From an uncultured Planctomycetaceae bacterium (GTDB taxonomy: Bacteria > Planctomycetota > Planctomycetia > Pirellulales > PALSA-1355), in contig CAWAUV010000004.1 of assembly GCA_963785305.1 (NCBI GenBank), positions 416,001-480,000 on the forward strand: a stretch of 64,000 bases of DNA. Direction: 5' to 3'. The notes beneath the pieces were generated by a model. It did no database searches, was not told the DNA's origin, and worked only from the letters and a program-made list of their open reading frames with translations. Shown piece by piece: positions 58,679-64,000 of the stretch. Made by a program: the position numbers and the translations under genes. How positions within the stretch are numbered: position 1 is the first letter of the stretch; each line of letters begins with the position of its first letter.

Positions 58679-58752
58679 GCCGATCCGAGAACTTCGGCGA
58701 GCCCTCGCCCTATCGTCTCCCAAAGGGAGAGGGGGCGACTTGTCGTATAGGC
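58679..58752. repeat. REP/MITE-like palindromic element, family A copy 2
   Basis: Reverse-complement match to 12141-12212 with several substitutions; between convergent genes. Confidence 0.8.
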
Positions 58753-58760
58753 TCTAAATA

Positions 58761-59708
58761 CTAATTTCCGACGCTCGCGATCGAGCGGTAGTATTCGATC
58801 GAGCGCTCGAGTCCCGCGTCGAAGCCCACTTGGGGTTCATAGCCGAGCGCGAGGCGGGCCTGGGTGATATCGGCCAGACTTTCGCGCACATCGCCCACCC
58901 GCGGCGCCAGGCGCCGCGGCGATTCGTTCGTCCCCAGCAGGCGATTCAGCGTCGCCAAGAGGTCGAGCAAACTGATGCCGCGGCCGTTGGCCAAATTGAA
59001 CATTCGCCCGGCGACCTGGGGCGCGTCGGCCGCCAAGAGATTGCCATGCACCACGTTTTCGACATAGGTGAAGTCGCGCGATTGCAGGCCATCGCCGAAC
59101 ACCGTCGGGCGCTCGCCGCGCAAGAGGGTGGTGATGAACTTGGGAATCACGGCCGAGTATTCGCTATTTGGATCTTGCCGCGGTCCGAACACGTTGAAGT
59201 AGCGGAGCGCCACGGTCTCGAAACCATAGGTGGACCAAAAGGCGTGGCAGTAATACTCGGCGGCGAGCTTGGCGGCGCCATAGGGCGAGATCGGCGCCGG
59301 CAGGTCGCTCTCCCGCTTGGAACTCGTGGGCAAGTCGCCATAAGCGCTGCTCGAAGCCGCATAGACCATTCGGCGCACTCCCGCCCGGCGGGCCGCGTCG
59401 AGCAGCGAAACGGTTCCGGTGACGCAATGCAGATGCGTGTCGAGTGGCCGTTCGACGCTGCGTGGCACGCTTGCGAGCGCCGCTTGGTGAAACACGCAGT
59501 CGACGCCCGCCACGGCGGCGCGCACCGCCTCGCCGTTGGTCAGATCGCCATGCAGAAATTCGATCTTCGATCGCACGGCGCTCAGGTTGTGTTCATAACC
59601 GGTGCTCAGGTTGTCGAGCACGCGCACCCGATCGCCGCGCGCCACGAGCGCCGCCACGATATGCGAGCCGATAAAGCCCGCTCCGCCGGTGACCAACATT
59701 GTGCGCAT
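58761..59708 (-). CDS. NAD-dependent UDP-sugar 4-epimerase (WbpP/GalE-like extended SDR)
   Basis: VTGGAGFIGSH, HQAALASVPRS, YGAAK, LRYFNVFGPRQDP, SRDFTYV. Confidence 0.92.
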   Translation of the reverse strand: MRTMLVTGGAGFIGSHIVAALVARGDRVRVLDNLSTGYEHNLSAVRSKIEFLHGDLTNGEAVRAAVAGVDCVFHQAALASVPRSVERPLDTHLHCVTGTVSLLDAARRAGVRRMVYAASSSAYGDLPTSSKRESDLPAPISPYGAAKLAAEYYCHAFWSTYGFETVALRYFNVFGPRQDPNSEYSAVIPKFITTLLRGERPTVFGDGLQSRDFTYVENVVHGNLLAADAPQVAGRMFNLANGRGISLLDLLATLNRLLGTNESPRRLAPRVGDVRESLADITQARLALGYEPQVGFDAGLERSIEYYRSIASVGN

Positions 59709-59894
59709 CGCGGTAGTTCTCCTGATTGTGCCGAGTGAGCCCCCCAGGGCGCGCCGCGGGGGCCCTCGCGGCAAGTTTAGCATACTCCGCTTCGCCGAGA
59801 ACGCCGCGAGTGCTGGAGAAAACCCTCGGCGCGGCTGAAAAGCAACGACCCGCGAGACCGCCGGGCCGATTGCAGACCGTTTTTGGTCCGTGCC

Positions 59895-61123
59895 TTACCA
59901 GACCGGTTCGACAACCATGCAGCCCGCGACCGGGGCTCTAAGCGCGGCGAGCGCGGCGCACATCGCGGCGGCGTCGCGTGGGCGGGTCCGGCCCAAGTGC
60001 AGCGCCAGCACCACGGCATCGACCGTGGGCGCGAGCTTCGCCACCGGGCCATTCAAGTCGCTGCCGCCCGCTATCAAAATCAATTCGTAGCGCTCACGGA
60101 GCGCGAGCCAAGGAAACGGTTCGCCCTCGGCTGGTTCATCGGCGGCCGATCCCCAAGCCACGAGGTCGATGCGCGGATCGCTGGTGCGTTCGATGACTTC
60201 GCTCCACGCGTGGCTGCCGGCCCACACTTGCATGGCGCCGCGTCGCTCGTCAACGCGAAGGTCGGCCGGCAGAAACTCGCTCCGGTCGCCAAGCGAAAGG
60301 ATCAGGGTGTGCGCGTGATTGACCGCCGCGGCGGCCTGCGCCAATTCGATCAAGGCAAAGCCGCCCGAGGACTCGGCGTCGGGCGTGACAAAGAGCGCCA
60401 CGCGCCCAGCGGCTTTCCCAGGCCCGCCGCTGGCGAGCAGTCGGGCCGCCGCGCGCGAGTAATGCTGCTGTCGATCGAACACCACCGGCGGCAGCGTTCG
60501 CAAACCTTCGCGCCGCGATTCGAAAGGCAAGGTTTCGGCGGCGTCGGAAAGCGGGTCGTCGGCGGACTCGAGTTCGGCGTCAACCGCCGCGGTCCGTTCC
60601 ATCGCGGTCACGTCGCTCTTCTCGGCGACTTCGCTCTTCCCGGGACGATTGCCCAGGGCGCGGCCCGCGGATGGCAAATCGAATTCGTCGGTTTCCAGTA
60701 CCACGAGATCCAAACTCGAGGCCGGTTCGCCGATCATTTCGATATCGACGGGCGCATTTCCAGCGAATGGGAATCAATCGATTCCAATTGAACGGCCGTC
60801 GGCTCGCGAAGCCGGATGTCCGAGGTGACATACATCGGCGAATCGGCCAAGGCATTGGCCATCGCGGTCTCGACGCCGAACGGTCGCAGCCGGAAGCCGC
60901 CCGCCGCGGATTCACATTTCCGTTGCTCGTCCTCATCGCCCGCGCCCAATACACATAGCCGCCCCGGCGCCGGTCCCGAAACGGCGGCGCTCGCCAGTGG
61001 CGAAATGGAACGCGAGGGTTCCTCGGAGTCCGTTTTTGCGGCCGCGTTCGCGGACGAGCGATCGAGACCATTGGCGTTGCGGCGATTTTCGATTTCGCGC
61101 AGCGCGGCGAGCATGCGACTCAT
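59895..61123 (-). CDS. Degenerate CpsD/CapB-like protein (probably one gene, frameshift near 60735)
   Basis: MSRMLAALREIE N-terminus; C-terminal LRERYELILI...VDAVVL...GRT...APVAGCMV resembles the BY-kinase tail. Confidence 0.55.
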
Positions 61124-61203
61124 GGCATCGAGTCCCGAAGTGTTTGAAAGTGCCGTCGATTGCGATTTGGCTGTTTTCTCGCGACCAGACTCGTGGTTGC
61201 AAA

Positions 61204-62811
61204 TCAGCCGCGGCGAAGCTTGGCGAAGAGTTGGCGATATTCTTGTCGCTTCACTTGAGGGCGACCGGTGAACGTCGTCGGCGGCGGGGCCGGGTCGTCT
61301 TCGATCACAATCAAGTCGATGTCTTCCAAGTCGTCGGCCGCGGGGCCCTCGAGCGGCGAATTTCCGCCCGCTGCCCTCGACAAGTCCGGGGATTTCGAGG
61401 GTTCCGAACTTTTCGAGGCGGTGGCGTCGCGATTGGCCGCCTCGGCCGACGCCGCGCGGCCACTTCCGGCAAGGAATGGCCGGATCACCTCGCCGGAGCC
61501 GATTTCGAAGCTCGACGTAAACGATTCGACTTGCGTCGGCGGCGATTCGCTCCGTCCGGCGCTGTATTCAGCGCGTGCCTTCGCGGGCCGAGCCCCATCG
61601 ATGATTCGCGCCGCGGCGGCGAGCGATTGGCCGAGCGCTTGGCCATCGGCGCTGCTGACCAACGGACGGCCGGCGAACATTTCGGTATCGAGCGACGCAT
61701 AGGGATCAAAAACGATCTCTTCCTCGGCGAAGTTCTCACCGAAGGGATGCGGCTCGGAAGTGACGATGATCTCGGAGCTCGGACCGGTTTTGGGGCCGAT
61801 CGAACCCGCCGGCATGAATTCGTCATCGAGTTGATCGAGAAGTCGTTCGCTCTCGTCGAGCCGGGCCTCGATCGACGGCTCGGCCCAGCCGGCGGGGCGC
61901 TGAAACGGTATCGCATGGGGCGTCTCGGCGTCGGATTCGAGTCCGCCGAATTCGATCGTCGCATGGCCGGCGATCGTTTCGCGTTCTTCCGACCACCGAG
62001 CCGGAAGTTGCTGCAGATCTGCCCAGGATTCCTCGATGGTTTTTCCTCGCACGACCCGCTCGCCGGCGATCGACGCCAGAATGAGCGCGTGATCGCACAC
62101 TTGATTCACCAAGCGGGGAATGCCATCGGTCGAGCGGTAAAGAAATTCGAACGCGTCGGCGGCAAACAGCGTTTCGGGGTCGCCGCCAGCATGGCTGATC
62201 TGCGAGCGGGCATAGTTGGCCGTCTCGGCGCGGTCGAAGGGGCCAAGGTAGACTCGGGCCGCGAGCCGCTGGCTGAATGATTCGAGTTTCGGGTTGGCGA
62301 ATGTTTCCTCGAGCGAAGCGTTGCCGGCCAGCACGATCCGCACGCGGTGTTCGCCACTCGCGATCACATTGCCTAGGAGCCGTAGTTCCTCGAGCATCCG
62401 CGGCGTCAGGGCATGGGCCTCGTCGACCAACAGTACGACGCCTTGCCGGTCGCGGCAGCCGTTGATGGCGTAGTCGGCGAGCGCGAGCCGCAGTTCGCCT
62501 TCGTCGAGCCCGCGAAAGGGCTGGCCGAGTTCGTGAAGCATTGCTTGGAGCAGGGCCCGGCGCCGGCCGAAAGGCCCGCCAGCAAGCACCGCGGTTTTGA
62601 ATCGATCGCCGAGCTTTCGGGCAAGCAACTGGCAAAGCATCGACTTGCCGGTTCCGGCGGGCCCGACCACGATCGCCGGGCCCTCGGCCCGCTCGACGCA
62701 ACGCGCGATCGTTTGTTTGGCGAGCTCGATCGACGCGGCGGGAAAATAGCGGTCGACCTGAACGGCGGCGGCAAACGGCCGACGGCGCAACTGAAAGAAT
62801 GCTTCGTACAT
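61204..62811 (-). CDS. ExeA/GspA-family AAA ATPase with acidic C-terminal extension
   Basis: MYEAFFQLRRRPF, GPAGTGKS, LLVDEAH, IVLAG, FSQRL, GIPRLVNQVCD. Confidence 0.92.
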   Translation of the reverse strand: MYEAFFQLRRRPFAAAVQVDRYFPAASIELAKQTIARCVERAEGPAIVVGPAGTGKSMLCQLLARKLGDRFKTAVLAGGPFGRRRALLQAMLHELGQPFRGLDEGELRLALADYAINGCRDRQGVVLLVDEAHALTPRMLEELRLLGNVIASGEHRVRIVLAGNASLEETFANPKLESFSQRLAARVYLGPFDRAETANYARSQISHAGGDPETLFAADAFEFLYRSTDGIPRLVNQVCDHALILASIAGERVVRGKTIEESWADLQQLPARWSEERETIAGHATIEFGGLESDAETPHAIPFQRPAGWAEPSIEARLDESERLLDQLDDEFMPAGSIGPKTGPSSEIIVTSEPHPFGENFAEEEIVFDPYASLDTEMFAGRPLVSSADGQALGQSLAAAARIIDGARPAKARAEYSAGRSESPPTQVESFTSSFEIGSGEVIRPFLAGSGRAASAEAANRDATASKSSEPSKSPDLSRAAGGNSPLEGPAADDLEDIDLIVIEDDPAPPPTTFTGRPQVKRQEYRQLFAKLRRG

Positions 62812-62999
62812 GAAAAGCCTTCCTTGGATAACGCGGGCCGATCACCCCACGAGCCGATCCGAAATGCCAGGGCATTCACTTCTGTTCGGCAGCTCGGAGG
62901 GCGTGGCTCAAAACAGTTTTTTTCGCGAAGCCGATTGCCGGTCCGCGACGGCGAGGCGCCAACTCAATGTGTATCGCGACATTTCGATGTTTTCCCGGA

Positions 63000-64000
63000 C
63001 TACGAATGCAACCCATGCAGACCACGGGCCATGGCTCCGATGGGATGCTGAATTATCTCGATGGGAAAATGCAGGTCATGGACCGTGAGCGCCGTGAGCA
63101 AAAACGCCATGGCGGCCAGGGTTCCTTCGCACGCCAGGAGCCAAAATACGAGCCAAGAAGCATCGGATCTCGTTTTTTCGGTGTTCAGCAACGACCCGCC
63201 GCTGGCAGGCACCACAGCCAGCACGGGGATTGGTAGCAACGCGGCCACGGAATCGACTGTCAGGAGCGGGGCGGCCTGTTCGAGCGAGACCACCGAAGTG
63301 GCCACTCGAAGCGCCACGGCTTCGAGCCCCAGCAGACTTGCCAGGGCCGCGGCCAGTGACCAGCCCGCCGGACCGGCCGCGCCGGCGCTTGCATTGTCGA
63401 TCGATGATCGATCGTGTTCCGCGGCCGAGGCGAGATCGTCGCCGGGAGCGCTCAGGGCGCCGCCTTGCCGGCGGAGCTCATCCTCGCGGTCAAGCGCCTG
63501 TTGTTCGGCGCGAACGCACTTTTGGAGTTCCTCTTGCGAGCGATCCCAAGCGATTCGCACCGCGTCTTCGGCTTCTTGATCGGCCCGATCGGCCGCCGAC
63601 GCGGGGGGCGCGGTCGTGTCGCCCGAAAGTGTCGGTTCGTCGCCTTGGCCCGCGAGCCGGGGACCCGCGCCGTCGGTCGGGGCCGACCCATGTGCCGAGT
63701 CGGTTTGGGTCGCGGTGTTTTGGCGCGGGATGTTTTGGAATGGGGCGGATTCACTGTCGGCGAGGAACTTGGGCACGCGTTTGAGCTCGTCGTCGAGCGC
63801 GGCCATTCGCGAAATAACGGCCACCGCGTCGGGATGTTCGCGGGTATAGCGTTGCAGCAGCACATCGAGCTGATTCGACAATCGCTGCATATCAGCGAGC
63901 ATTTCGCTATACTGAGGGTTCAGGGCCGGAGTCCGTTTTTCGCCGTGGCCTCGCGCAGCCGGGCCGCTTGCTGAGTTTCGCGCGCTGCGCGAGCGGCGAG
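63000..64000 (-). CDS. GumC-like coiled-coil membrane protein, C-terminal part (5' end outside window)
   Basis: LLQRYTREHPD coiled coil, TM, LLPIPVLAVVP, C-terminal TM. Confidence 0.6.
   Translation of the reverse strand, partial: RRSRSARNSASGPAARGHGEKRTPALNPQYSEMLADMQRLSNQLDVLLQRYTREHPDAVAVISRMAALDDELKRVPKFLADSESAPFQNIPRQNTATQTDSAHGSAPTDGAGPRLAGQGDEPTLSGDTTAPPASAADRADQEAEDAVRIAWDRSQEELQKCVRAEQQALDREDELRRQGGALSAPGDDLASAAEHDRSSIDNASAGAAGPAGWSLAAALASLLGLEAVALRVATSVVSLEQAAPLLTVDSVAALLPIPVLAVVPASGGSLLNTEKTRSDASWLVFWLLACEGTLAAMAFLLTALTVHDLHFPIEIIQHPIGAMARGLHGLHS

Noticed and set aside
1..64000. tRNA, rRNA, CRISPR arrays, transposases or integrases
   Set aside because: None recognised by eye in intergenic regions or ORFs; tRNAscan and Infernal were not run

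Overview
GC-rich bacterial chromosomal segment, most likely from a planctomycete. The inference rests on DUF1598-like genes, a PVC-type CxxCH/HEAT protein, PEP-CTERM proteins and lpxB. Many otherwise intact genes are broken by single-base frameshifts, which fits uncorrected long-read error, so several coordinates are joined or approximate. Left half: HTH-REC regulator plus histidine kinase, ArsR/VOC pair, CusA/CusB-type efflux, a tandem DUF1598 duplication with an identical core and divergent ends, pyk, SDR, hemL, two small genes absent from the ORF track (a 38-aa membrane peptide behind a sigma54-type promoter and a 57-aa basic zinc-ribbon protein with eL40-like spacing), a PVC heme-binding protein, lpxB, a desaturase, a lower-GC islet and a small PEP-CTERM gene. 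Right half: a ~14 kb minus-strand Wzx/Wzy polysaccharide operon whose core mirrors the Arn amino-sugar transfer logic, a ~10.7 kb PEP-CTERM beta-repeat adhesin on the plus strand, and a second EPS module (epimerase, degenerate CpsD-like protein, ExeA ATPase, GumC-like protein). I saw no rRNA, tRNA, CRISPR array or transposase. All family assignments come from recalled motifs, not database searches.
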